From the NCBI RefSeq assembly GCF_004010195.1, contig NC_057754.1:8036747-8085125 (forward strand): 48,379 bases of DNA, written 5' to 3'. Positions 24,650 through 35,870 of this stretch are shown one piece after another. Source of the stretch: Chiloscyllium plagiosum. Lineage: Eukaryota. How positions within the stretch are numbered: the stretch's first letter is position 1; every line of letters starts with the position of its first letter. A model generated the notes under the pieces. The model did no database searches and was not told where the DNA came from. It saw only the letters and a program-made list of their open reading frames with translations. The translations under genes were made by a program, and so were the position numbers.

Positions 24650-25165
24650 CGTACCTGCTTCCACTCCCTCTTCTGCCAGTGTGTTCCAGGCACTCACCAC
24701 CCTCAGGGTAAAACGTTTTCCCCACACTTCACCCCGAAACCTTCCCCCTCCCACCTTGAACCTGTGCCCCCTTGGAGTTGACCTTTCCACCCTGGGAAAA
24801 AAAAAACCCTCTTGACGATCTACCCTGTCGTAATTTTGGTGATATCTAACCAGTCCCCCTCAGCCTCCGTTTTCCCAGTGAAAACAGTCTGAGTTTATCC
24901 AACTTCTCATCACTAAAACCTTGATGACCAGGCAACATTCTCTGCACCCTGCAAAGTGTGCACCTCCTTCTGCTGGTGTGGCGACCAGAACTACACGCAG
25001 TACTCCAAATGTGGCCGAACTAAGGCTTTGTAAGCTGTAACACAACTGGATGACTTTTGTATTCAATGCCTGGCCAATGAAGGTAATCGTGCTGTGGACC
25101 TTCTTGACCACCCTATCCAACTGTGTGACCACGTTCAGGGATCCGTGGACCCAGATCCCTCTGCA
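24650..25165 (-). mobile_element. CR1 LINE fragment
   Basis: Minus-strand LGIWVHGSLNVVTQLDRVVKK-type ORF2 remnant with frameshifts. Confidence 0.7.
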
Positions 25166-25845
25166 TGCCAATGATATATATCTCGGGCGAATGGGCACGG
25201 GTGTGGGGAAAAGGAAATTTTCCCTCCCTCTGCAAATCACTGAACACTTTAGCTGGCCGTCACCATTTGTGTTCAGAACTTAGATGAAGGGGCCGAAATT
25301 GAAGCCAACAATTTTGTGTTGGAGCCGAAATTGTCGCTGACAGAGAGCAAGGTAGACAAAACAGGGGAGGGCACTGAAAGGGTGCAGTAAGTAGGCAAAG
25401 GATGAGCCAGCAGGGGGGAAAATGTGAGATTCTCTGCTCTAGTGGGAGGACTTGAAAAGCAGAATGCTATTTCGATGGAAAAGGACTGTATAAACATTGC
25501 TGTTCAGAGGGGTCTGGTATGTGAATGATATACCATGCGGTAAAGAAAATTGGAATCTTGGCCCCTGATTGCAAGTGATGGAACCGTAAGGTACAGCTCA
25601 AGGGTAATCTTGCTGAAGTGGGGATTCAGTGGCCCGGGTGAATCCTGTCAATGTGGGTTCAAATCCCAAAATGGGTGCCAGTGAAGGTTAGACTAAACTA
25701 ACAAGACCTGGAATTGGAAGCTCATCCCAGTATCAGTGACCCTGGAGCTCTCACTGACTTGAGTAGAAGTCCACCTGGTTCAACAATGCCCTTGAGTGAT
25801 TTATAATGAGATCACCTCATTGCTGAATGCAAAGACCAGCTGGCT

Positions 25846-26020
25846 GGGATGGCACGGTGGCTCAGTGGTTAACATGGCTGCCTCCCAGCACCAGGGACTC
25901 TGGTTCGATTCCAGCCTCGGGCAACTGTCTGTGTGGAGTTTGCACGCTCTCCCTGTGTCTGCGTGGGTTTCCTCTGGGTGCTCCAAGGTGTGCAGGTTAG
26001 GGTGGATTGGCCGTGCTAAA
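25846..26020 (+). mobile_element. Partial HE1-type SINE
   Basis: ggatggcacggtggctcagtggttaac...ggttcgattcc...gtgtggagtttgcac; ends at a (CA)n tract. Confidence 0.8.
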
Positions 26021-26961
26021 CACACACACACATACACACACACACGCCATTTCAGTGAACCTGCAATGGGAAGTCAGACAAACGGGGTATTTGCCGCAAA
26101 TAGAAAGGACCTGCATTTGCATAGTGCCTTTCCCTCAGCTCACACTGTCCCACAGCCTAGGAATGCCTCCTACAGCGCCGTGCAGAAACGATTGCTGACC
26201 ACCTGCGCTCAGAAATGTCACAGCAATGTCACTGCAATCAGAAACTCTGCCACCACCTTCTCAGACTGTAAATGTGGCTTGGCCAACTCTTGGAAGCAAT
26301 TCAAAGTGAAGCAAAACAAAGATTTGTTACTTATTTGCATAGCCACTCATTTATCCCTCTGTCAAAGTGCCTGAAGTATAAATCATATAATTACAGTTGC
26401 AGCATTTAAATGACGTTTAGCCCGGTACATGGCTAGAAAAGGTTTAGAGCGATATGGGGCCAAATGCAGACAAACTAGTCTAGTTCAGTTCAGTAAACCC
26501 AGTCAGCATGGACATGTGGGGCCGAAGAGTTTGTTACCATGCTATATGACTCAAAAAATAAAAGTCTCATCTCAGTGGTCTTCCACTACTGACTTCAGAA
26601 ACTTCCTCTTAATTGACAACGACTGTAATTTCCAATGTAGGCGTTCACAAGGACAGAGCAGGTTGGCAATAGCTTATTCTGGTCAGTGGTGTTCCTGATG
26701 TTGTTGTGGCTGTCAGCAGGCAGAAATTTGTCAACTAAACATCTATTCTTCACCAGTGAAAGAGAACTGTAATGTGTTACCTACAACTATGAACTCTTGG
26801 AGTATTTCTAAGAAGGTTGCTATGACAACACCTCTGAAACAGAATCCGTGGGAAGTACCAGTCTGAATGCCCTGTACAAGGGCTGTACATATGCCAACAG
26901 TTGACTGATTGAATCTAACAAGATGTTCTGTCGGTTGATATACTCAGCAGCGGTTAGACCA

Positions 26962-27793
26962 CAGAGTCATAAAGATGTACAGCATGGAAACAGACCCTTC
27001 GGTCCAACCCGTCCATGCTGACCAGATATCCCAACCCAGTCTAGTCCCACCTGCCAGCACCCGGCCCATATCCCTCCAAACCCTTCCTATTCATGTACCC
27101 ATCCAAATGCCTTTTAAATGTTGCAATTGTACCAGCCCCCACCACTTCCTCTGGCAGCTCATTCCATACACGTACGACCCTCTGCGTGAAAATGTTGCCC
27201 CTTAGGTCTCTTTTATGTATTTCCCCTCTCACCCTAAACTGATGTCCTCTATTTCTGGACTCCCCCATCCCAGGGAAAAGACCTTGTCTATTTACCCTAT
27301 CCATGCCCCACATGATTTTATAAACCTCTATAAGTTCACCCCTCAGCCTTCGCACTCCATGGAAAACAGCCCTAGCCTATTCAGCCTCTCCCTATAGCTC
27401 AAATCCTCCAACCCTGGCAACATCCTCGTAAATCTTTTCTGAACCCTTTCAAGTTTCACAACATCCTCCCGATAGGAAGGAGACCAGAATTGCATTCAAT
27501 ATTCCAACAGTGGCCTAACCAATGTCCTGTACAGCCGCAACATGACCTCCCAACTCCTATACTCATTGCTCTGACCAATAAAGGAAAGCATACCAAACGC
27601 CTTCTTCACTATCCTATCAACCTGCGACTCCACTTTCAAGGGACTATGAACCTGCACTCCAAGGTCTCTTTGTTCAGCAACACTCCCCAGGACTTTACCA
27701 TTAAGTGTATAAGTCCTGTTCTGATTTGATTACCCAAAATGCAGCACCTCGCTTTTACCTAAATTAAACTCCATCTGCCACTCCTCAGCCCAT
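26962..27793 (-). mobile_element. Relatively young HER1/CR1 LINE 3' fragment (about 830 bp)
   Basis: Minus-strand RRLRGELIEVYKIMWGMDRVNRQGLFP..RGHQFRVRGE..FTQRVVRVWNELPEEVV with an intact 3' UTR. Confidence 0.92.
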
Positions 27794-28203
27794 ACTTGGC
27801 CAGCCTGCATTTGGAATAAAACATCCATTGGTTAATGAGATCCCCCAGTTAGGCAGAACTGGCTGAATCATCCCAAGTGTGCTTCAGGCTGCACTGACAG
27901 CTATTTGGAGATTATTGATTGAGTTTGTTTGGGTGGCTCACTCACGTTTCCCAGATACATTAGTGCCATCCTCCATTCCTCGCCCCTTTCAGCTCAACAA
28001 AAGGAACAAACCTTATTTGGATTAACTGGGAGCCTCAATTATAAATCGTCCGTTTTGCCTTGGCCAATCGGTGGTCAACTTGTTAACCAATCAGCAGCCT
28101 TTTCTCCCACAGTCTAAATTGTGGTGACCATTTGAAATTTGGCATTCTCGTGTTCGTCCTGATGACTGCAGGATGAAGAGTTCTGGCAAAACATTTCGCA
28201 GTA

Positions 28204-28704
28204 CGGAGGAACCGCGACTATCCGGCATTCGGTTATCCGAATGTTGGATTATCCGGCAAGACCACAACGTCCCGATGATTAGATTCCCTACAGATTCTAT
28301 GCAGTGTGGAAACAGGCCCTTCGGCCCAACCAGTCCACACCACCCTCCGAAGAGCAACCCACCCCGACCCATTCCCCTCTGACTAATGCACCTAACACTA
28401 CGGGCAATTGAGAATGGCCAATCCACCCTAACCTGCACATCTTTGGACTGTGGGAGGAAACTGGAGCACCCGGAGGAAACCCACGCAGATACGGGGAGAA
28501 TGTACAAACTCCACACAGTCAGTTGCCCGAGGCGGGAGTTGAACCCGGGTCCCTGGTGCTGTGAGGCAGCAGTGCTAACCCACTGAGCCACCATGCTGCC
28601 CTATGCTCGGCTAATCTATGTTAACCGGCATTTGATTATCAGAATTCGATTAACCGAGTGAAATACTCCCCACCCGTGACCTTCGGATAATGGAGGTTCC
28701 TCTG
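28204..28704. mobile_element. pogo/Tigger-like MITE with TA TSDs, interrupted by an HE1 SINE
   Basis: Left TA|CGGAGGAACCGCGACTATCCG versus right end (reverse complement) TA|CAGAGGAACCTCCATTATCCG; TA at 28202-28203 and 28705-28706; internal repeats of ttatccg. Confidence 0.75.
28277..28601 (-). mobile_element. HE1-type SINE nested in the MITE
   Basis: Full minus-strand head GGGCAGCATGGTGGCTCAGTGGGTTAGC...GGTTCAACTCC and tail ending TCTAATC. Confidence 0.9.
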
Positions 28705-29017
28705 TAATAATCAAGTAGACTTTAGTGGCTTTGCCAAACGAAGTTAGATGCTAAAACTTTAAGCCCAATGGAGATCTCCGCTGGCCAGTATAGAGCCGAC
28801 TTGTCCTCTCCCTGGTTTCTGCAGTTCTGTTGTTCCTTTATGAGCCTTAAAAGCTTCACATTTCCGAATCTTAATGCTTGCAAAGATTGTAACCCAAAGC
28901 AAAAGAGTTGCCATAGGGGCCTTTAACCAACATCACTGCAGCGATGCTTCTCAATTTAAGCTATACATCTCCTTTACCCCTCTGCACCAAACTCCTCCAG
29001 TCACTAAATTCTTGCTG

Positions 29018-29143
29018 GAGAAGGTGAGGACTGCAGATGCTGGAGATCAGAGCTGAAAAATGTGTTGCTGGAAAAGCACAGCAGGTCAGGCAGCATCCAA
29101 GGAGCAGGAGAATCGACGTTTCGGGCATAAGCCCTTCTTCAGA
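29018..29143 (-). mobile_element. 126-bp Penelope-like terminal fragment with perfect 15-bp TSD
   Basis: actaaattcttgctg at both 29003-29017 and 29144-29158; body homologous to 13072-13200. Confidence 0.85.
29115..29142 (-). ncRNA. Minimal hammerhead ribozyme core (intact)
   Basis: Minus strand CUGAAGA-A-GGGC(UUAU)GCCC-GAAA-CGUC. Confidence 0.72.
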
Positions 29144-29586
29144 ACTAAATTCTTGCTGCCAGCTCACTGAGCTGTCACTTCACAGCAGGGCGGGAGGAAC
29201 ATAGGACTGGGAAGCAGGCCGTTCGGCCCTTTGAACCTGCTCTGCTCTTCATGGCTGCCATGTCGGCCTGAACGCCATGTTCTTCCTTGCCTCCCCCCCC
29301 CACCCTGTGAACTTTGACTCCCCACATCCGATAACCTTTGACTCCCCACATCCGAACCTCTACATACAAACTGGCCTTTGGTGTCAGGAAGAACCTCTAC
29401 ATACAAACTGGCCTGCGAGTCAGGAACACAGTTGGGAAATTGAGGTGGTGGTCATTTCTGGGCTCAGGTTCAAATCCCCACCGTGGAACGTATGTTCAGT
29501 TCATTAAATCCGGAATTGGCATCGGTGGGGGGGGGGTGTATGAAACAACCATTGATTGTCATCAAAAAACCCATCTGGTTCACTAA

Positions 29587-29914
29587 CTCATTCATTCAAG
29601 GAATGTGTGCATCACTGGCTCAATCAGTATTTCTGACCCATCCCTGATTTCCCAGAGGGCAGTTAATTGTCAACCATACAGCTGTTGGTCTGCACCCATA
29701 TGTAGGCCAGACCAGGTAAGGACAGCTGTTTCCTTCCCTGAAACTAATGGGGTTTTTTTTCCTGACAATCAGGAATGGTTTCATAGTCAACAACAGACTG
29801 TTAATTCCAGATACTTTTATTGAATTCAGGTTCCACCATTGGCCATGGCAGGATTTGAACCCTGGGTCTCCAGGCCATTCGCAGGGTCTCTCGATTAACG
29901 AGGCATCACCTCCC
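29587..29914 (-). mobile_element. Second-family tRNA SINE inserted antisense into a + copy of the same family (about 29420-29586 and 29932-30022)
   Basis: Minus head GGGAGGTGATGCC...GGTTCAAATCC (B box); host copy breaks at ccatctggttcactaa and resumes at aatgtcttagaaggaagg...cttacccggtctgaccta. Confidence 0.7.
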
Positions 29915-30096
29915 ACAACTCGATTCAAAACCAATGTCTTAGAAGGAAGGAAGCCTCCGACCCTTACCCGGTCTGACCTAGCTTCCAGAACCACCTCCAG
30001 AGTGTGGGTGACTCTGAACTGGTAGGGTAACACTTGGAGCACAAAAGGACAATTCCTTTTGTCAGAGGCAGTAGAATGAGGGGGGTGGGGGCACGG

Positions 30097-30445
30097 TTAT
30101 AAAGTCATACAGCACGGAAACAGACCTGTTGGTCCAACCAGTCCCACCTGCCTGTGCTTCGCCCAAATCCCTCCAACCGTTTCTCACTCGTGCACTTATC
30201 CAAACGGCTTTTAAACGTTGTGACTGCACCTGCATCCACTGCTTCCTCTGGACGTTCATTCCATGCACCATAAAAAAGTTGCCCCCCTCGTGTCTTTTAA
30301 AAACCTTTCTCCTCTCACCTTAAAAATGTAAGCCCTCGCCTTGAAATCCCCCACTCTAGGGAAAAGGCACCTACCATTCACTTTATCCGTTGCCACCTCG
30401 TGATTTTATAAACCTCTTTAAGATCACCCCTCAGCCTCCTGTGAC
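30097..30445 (-). mobile_element. CR1 LINE 3' fragment
   Basis: gtcatacagcacggaaacagacc tail and reverse complement of the ORF2 C-terminus (ttttataaacctct..atcacccctcagcctcct). Confidence 0.75.
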
Positions 30446-31304
30446 AAATGTTTCCTCATAAAATGAGGGGTCTCCCATTTAAGACCGTGAGGAGAATCCT
30501 TTTATTCTCCCAGAGACTTCCGAATGCAGACAGTGGAGAGAGAGAGCATTGTTTGCAAAACAGAGGTAGATAGATTCTTAAGGTAGTCAAAGGTTATTTG
30601 GGGGAGTGGGGGGGAGGAGGTTAGGCACAGATACAGAGTAATTAGATCGACTGCAATCTTATCGGGTGAGTCCTAGCTACCTACTCCAGCCAGAGGCAGT
30701 TAGGGATGGACAAAAAGTGCTGGATTTGCCCCCCCACCCCGTACCCACACCCCTTGAAACCATTCTGATTGGATCGGGGATTAAGAGATGTGGAACATAG
30801 GAAGGTTAAATAGCATGGAGTTACACATCGTCCACAATCTGATTGAACAGCAGCACAGGCTGAAGGGTCGAGTGGCCTCCTCCCGTTCTGACTGCAAGCC
30901 GAGGAAATCTTGGAGATTGTTTTGCTTTCTTTACAAATTTGGACGTGAAAGCCAAGGTGGTATCATTAATGCGGCAAAAATCATAGCAGAGGAACTGTCA
31001 AGCAGCTGCAGATCTGAAGGACAAACAGCCTTATGTTGGCTCTGGGAGCAATTGCTGTTTTGTGTAAAGACAGTCTATTGCTGAGGAACAAGCTTCCAGT
31101 TGGTGCCAATGGGCACCAAGGGTGGTTCGAGAGTGCTGAGTCAGTCTAGCATTTAAGCTTATTAATACACCCCTTTAAGACTTCATGCAGCCAGCTTCTG
31201 AGCAAGGCACAGACTTATGAATACAAGTGCATTTGTTACACGAAACCAAGGGACGCTGGAAGAAAACACAAAAAAAAACATACATGCACAAGAGAATCAA
31301 GAGA

Positions 31305-31700
31305 CTTGGCTGGGTGGTTCGCACTGCTGCCTCAAAGCGCCAGGGACCCAGGTTCGATCCCACCCTCGGGCGACTGCCTGTGTGGAGTTTGCACATTCTC
31401 CCCGTGTCTGCATGGGTTTTCTCCGGGTGCTCCGGTTTCCTCCCACAGTCCAAAAATGTGCAAGTTAGAGTGGATTGACCATGCTAAATTGTCCCACGTG
31501 CCCTGGCATGTGCAGGTTAGGGTGGATTGGCCGTGCTAAATTGCCCCATAGTGCCCAGGGACGTGCAGGTTAGGGTGGATTGTCCGTGCTAAATTGCTCC
31601 ACAGTGCCCAGGGACGTGCAGGTTAGGGTGGATTGGCCGTGCTACATTGTCCCATAGTGCCCAGGGATGTGCAGGTTAGGGTGGATTGGCCGTGCTAACA
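31305..31700 (+). mobile_element. HE1-type SINE with about 4-5 x 53-bp units
   Basis: B box GGTTCGATCCC, central core, array at about 31455-31700. Confidence 0.85.
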
Positions 31701-31814
31701 CTTGGGGTTAAAGGGATGAAAGAGTGAGAAGGATCCACAGAGTCCTCCCCATCTCCGTTTTAAATTCCCCTATGCCTCCTGGTCCTGGACTCTCCCACGA
31801 GGGTACTGCCCTTT

Positions 31815-32420
31815 TTTGGTTTGATTTATTATTGTCACGTGTGCCGAGGTACAGTGAAAAGTTTTGTTTTGTTTGCAGTACAGGTAGATCACACCATACA
31901 AAGTGCATCAGGGCGGTAGAACAGAGCGAGGAATACAATGTTATGGCTGCAGAGAAGGTGCGCAGAGAGCGAGATCAACATTAAATTTAAAATTTGAGAA
32001 ATCTAATGACTGCATCTAATAGCAGCAGGGAAGGAAGCTATTCTTGAACTGGTTGGTACGCGTGTTTAAGGCTCTGATCTCTTCTGCCCAATGAAAGAGG
32101 GTGGGAGGGGTCTCTGATGATGTCGGCTGCCTTCCCGAGGCAGTGGGGAGTGTAGATGGAGTCGGTGGATGGAAGGTTGGGTTTGTGTGAGGGACTGGGC
32201 TGTGTTCACAGCTCCCTGGAGTTTCTCACGGTCCCGGGCAGAGCAGTTGCCCGTGATGCATCCGGAGAGGATGCTTTCTATGGTGGGTCTGTAAAAATTG
32301 GTAAGAGTCATGCCGAATTTCCTTAGCCTCCTGAGGAACGGGAGGCGTAGTTGTGCTTTCTTGACCGCCGCCTCAATGTGGGATGGACCAGGGCAGACAG
32401 TTGGCGGTCATCACTCCCAG
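31815..32420 (-). mobile_element. Rex1/Babar-type LINE 3' fragment
   Basis: Minus-strand LRRLRKFGMTLTNFYRPTIESILSGCITGNCSARDREKLQ, the C-terminal motif typical of Rex1/Babar ORFs; tail tgatttattattgtcac also seen at about 18945. Confidence 0.8.
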
Positions 32421-34134
32421 GACCTCTCCCTCATCCAGCCTGCTAAAGCCCCCTCAGGATCTGAAAATGTTGACTGAGAGACCCAGTGACTGGGAGAGCC
32501 ATGAGGCTGGATCAGTTGTTGCTGCTGTTTTTCACCACTGTGGCCGGCGGGGGGGGGGGGCTGAGGATTTCAATTTGGTAAAGGAACCCCAGCAACACTC
32601 GCTCAGTTCGCCCAGAGTGGTTAACTGACGCAGTGGCTTTAGTCTTTTCCTACAAATGCTGCCAATCTGCCAGACACCCCCTGTTGCCCTCAATCTCCGA
32701 CGAGATTAAGTTGGTTTGTATCATTTTCCGTTCATTCCACAGTTGAAGGAGCAGAGTGGCTATCTTCACAGAGAACATTCATCATTCACGTGCGGCGACT
32801 TTAGAAGATACTGCTGATCAACACAAGCAGGAGAAGTATAGCTATCTGATGATAGATAGACAGGAATTGGATGACCTTGTGAAGGCCCTTAGCCTGTATT
32901 CTGAAAAGAAGGTCTATGCGTTTGCACAGAGGGTGAATAATCCCTCTTTGCCTTCCCATTCTGGACTCTGAAGAGGGATTTTCTTACGATTCACAGTGCG
33001 GAAGGAGGCCATTCGGCCAATCGAGTCCACAGCAGCCCTCCGAAGAGCATCCCACCGAGATCCACCCTCGTATCTTACCCCTGCATGTGACTCCAGGTCC
33101 ACCGCAATATGTGGTTGACTCCCAGCTGTCCTCTCAAATGGCCCTTGCAAGCCTCTCAGTTCGAAGGGCACCGAATGACGGGGAGTAAGTGCTCTGATGC
33201 TCGTGCCCTAAGTCATTGAAGGCCACCCTGGTGTTGGCCCGAAAGGGGGCCGTCCACCCAGTGGCCAAGTTGAGCCGTCAACCAATTCAGGGTTCCCAGC
33301 TGCCTCTGTTACGTCTCGCACCTTGGCAGGTGGCTGGGGGGAGGATAGGGGATTCCCCTCACCCCCACTGATTTGTGCTCCTCGACAAGCAGCTGCCCGC
33401 ATCCCCACCCCAACTGCCTCCTCCACCCCGGGGGGTGGGGGGTAGGTTTCGAGAGCACACCCCCAGAGCTCCTCCTGCACTGTGTCAACTCCTTGACAAG
33501 GACGCCTCCGCGTTCACCCCAGAACGGTCTGTACGACTCCTGTGCCAAGGTGGCATTGGCACTTTGAATCTTTTCTGTATTGCTGCCCCCCCCCCCCCCA
33601 CTTCCAACCTCTTTCTCAGGTGCAGTTTGAATTCGGGGGAGGGGTCGCTCTTGCAGCCTTCAGGGAACTGAGATGAGCCTCCTGTCATTCGAGTATTGCC
33701 GATGGGGAAACTGCAGAACAACCAAATGAATTATAGGCTCCATTGTACACGATATGGATCATTTCTTTCAACTTAGGCTTCTCGCAGTTAATGGACTTTA
33801 TTTTAGTGCGAGTCATGTTGTTCTGTTGAACAACTACTGACTCTGAAAGCATGTTTTTACAGCAATAGTGCTGTGTTTTATCATTTAGATTGTTACACGT
33901 AATCGCTGCAGTTTGAGTGGAAGGCAGACATTCCGCGAATTCTCCCTTTCTGTTACGTTCCCGCGGGAAGTTCAATTCCTCGAGGTGGTTGGTCTCCCGT
34001 CCCCCTGTCTCTTCTACTCGAGCTCGAAAACTGGAACTTAAGGAACGCCGTCGGGATACGCGATTCTCCGAGTCTTCCGCAGGCCGCGCCCCAGCCCTGA
34101 TTGGCACCCCGGAGGGCAGTGCAGGGACAGCCAG

Positions 34135-34375
34135 ATTGCTGTGGGCCTGGAGTTACGTGCAAGCCCAGGCTGGGTAAGGACAGCAGACCGCTCTCCCCGA
34201 GGGGCATTTGTGGACCAGCCGCGTTTTACTGCGCCAATCGATGATGGTCTCCATTGGTTAGGCCCGTCTTCCCCTTCCTGTTTTATGACCTGAATTGAGG
34301 TTCCACCATCTGCTGTGGCTGGGGTTAAATCCTTGTCCCTGCATTAGACACTAGCCTCCAGGCAGGAGTGCCTGA
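34135..34375 (-). mobile_element. Decayed second-family tRNA SINE
   Basis: attgctgtgggcctggagttac...gggtaaggacagcag...ttccaccatctgctgtgg, homologous to 29587-29914. Confidence 0.55.
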
Positions 34376-34377
34376 GA

Positions 34378-35030
34378 CCAGATGGAACTAGTGAACGATT
34401 TGGGTGAAGGAATCCAATGCACTATCTCCAAGTTTGTAGGCAGCACTAAGATGGGTGGCAATGTGTGCAGTGAGGAGGATGCAGGGTGACTTGGACAGGC
34501 TGGCTGAGTGGGCAAATGCAATATAATATGGACAAACGTCACAAAGACAGGAAGGTTGATTATTTTCTGAATGCCGGCAGTTCAGGGAAAGGTGAGGTGC
34601 GACGTGACCTGGGTGTGGTGGTGGACCAGTCGCTGAAGGTTGGGCATACAGGTACAGCAGGTAGTGAGGAAAGCTAAGAGCACACTGGCCTGCGGAGCCA
34701 GAGGATTTGAGTTATCAGAGTAGGGATGTCTTGCTGCAGTTATACACAGCCTTGGTGAGGCCACACCTTGAGTATTGTGTGCAGTTTTGGTCTCCTACTC
34801 TGAGGAAGGACAGTCTCGCTGTTGAGGGGGCTGTCTCACACAGGCATATCAAATCCTGGTGGGACTGGACAGGTTAGATGTGGGAAGTCCAGAACTAGGG
34901 GGCGGGGGGTGCGATCACAGTCGAAGGATGAGGAGTAAACTATCAGGACTGAGATGAGGAAGAGTTTCTTCACTCCCGAGTGTCGTGAACCTGTGGAATT
35001 CTCTCCCACAGAAAGCACTTTGGGCCAGTT
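34378..35030 (+). mobile_element. CR1 LINE RT-region fragments
   Basis: atctccaagtttgtaggcagcactaag (degenerate ISKFADDTK) and cttggtgaggccacaccttgagtattgtgtgcagttttggtctcc (LVRPHLEYCVQFWSP). Confidence 0.75.
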
Positions 35031-35074
35031 CATTGGCCCTTACCCCCTCTGGGCTGATTTAAAAACACCGAGAC

Positions 35075-35232
35075 CTTGGTCTCAACTCTGCCCTCTGCAA
35101 CTGGATCCTCAGCTTCCTGACCCACGGACCGCAACCAGTGAAGATACGCAACTGCACCCCCTCCACAATAACACTGGAGCCCCTCAAGGATGCGCCCTCA
35201 GTCCCCTACTGTACTCCCTGTACCCCCACGAC
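35075..35232 (+). mobile_element. Rex1/Babar RT fragment
   Basis: NTGAPQGCALSPLLYSLYPHD, an RT motif B of Rex1 type. Confidence 0.7.
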
Positions 35233-35360
35233 AGGGCTGAGGCCGTCAAGCATTGCCCGTCCCTTGAACCGAGTGTCTCGGCCAGGGCAGTTGAGAGTGA
35301 AATGCATCCCTGTGGGTCAGGAGTCACATTTAGTCCGAACCAAGTAAGGACGACAGATTT

Positions 35361-35870
35361 CCAGATGCTGGCGACAATGTTGCCAGTGCCTCACCAGATG
35401 TTGACACAAGTGTTGCCAGGGACACACCAGATGTTGAAGACAGTGTTGCAAGCGATACAGCAGATGTTAATGAAAACGTTGCCAAGGACACACCAAATGT
35501 TGACAGAAGTGTTGCCAGAGATGCACCAGGTCTTGAAGACAGTGTTGCAAGCGACACATCAGATGATGGTGACAGTGTTGCCAAGGGCATGGCAGATGTT
35601 GGGCGCAATGTTGCCAGGGACGCATGAGAGGTTGGCAAACGCGTTGCCAGGGGCATACCAGATGTTCACAGCAATGTTGCCAGGGACACGTGAGATGTTG
35701 GTGACTGTGTTACCAGGGGCTCACCAGACATTCGCAGAAATGTTACTCGGGATAGACCAGTCGTTGGCGAAAATGGTGCCAGGGACACACCCAGATGTTG
35801 GTGAAAATGTTGCCACAGACACATCAGATGATGGCGAAGATGTTGCCAGGGGCATACCAGATGTTGCGAG
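35361..35870. repeat. Diverged 33-bp tandem repeat, 15 units plus a partial one (consensus ccagatgttgnnnnnartgttgccagggacaca)
   Basis: Units start at 35361, 35394, 35427, 35460, 35493 and onward; many substitutions but a single 1-bp indel. Confidence 0.9.

Noticed and set aside
29311..29413. Two adjacent short direct duplications (ctttgactccccacatccga; aacctctacatacaaactggcct)
   Set aside because: Consistent with ordinary local slippage; no further structure seen.
32743..32935. Strong + strand acceptor (tcattttccgttcattccacag) as an extra PC exon
   Set aside because: All three frames hit stops soon after the acceptor, there is no PC similarity and no convincing donor; at most a cryptic exon.
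33685..34107. 140-aa minus ORF containing ESVV as the LRFN4 C-terminus
   Set aside because: ESVV is internal rather than terminal, and no LRR, Ig, FN3 or transmembrane sequence is present.
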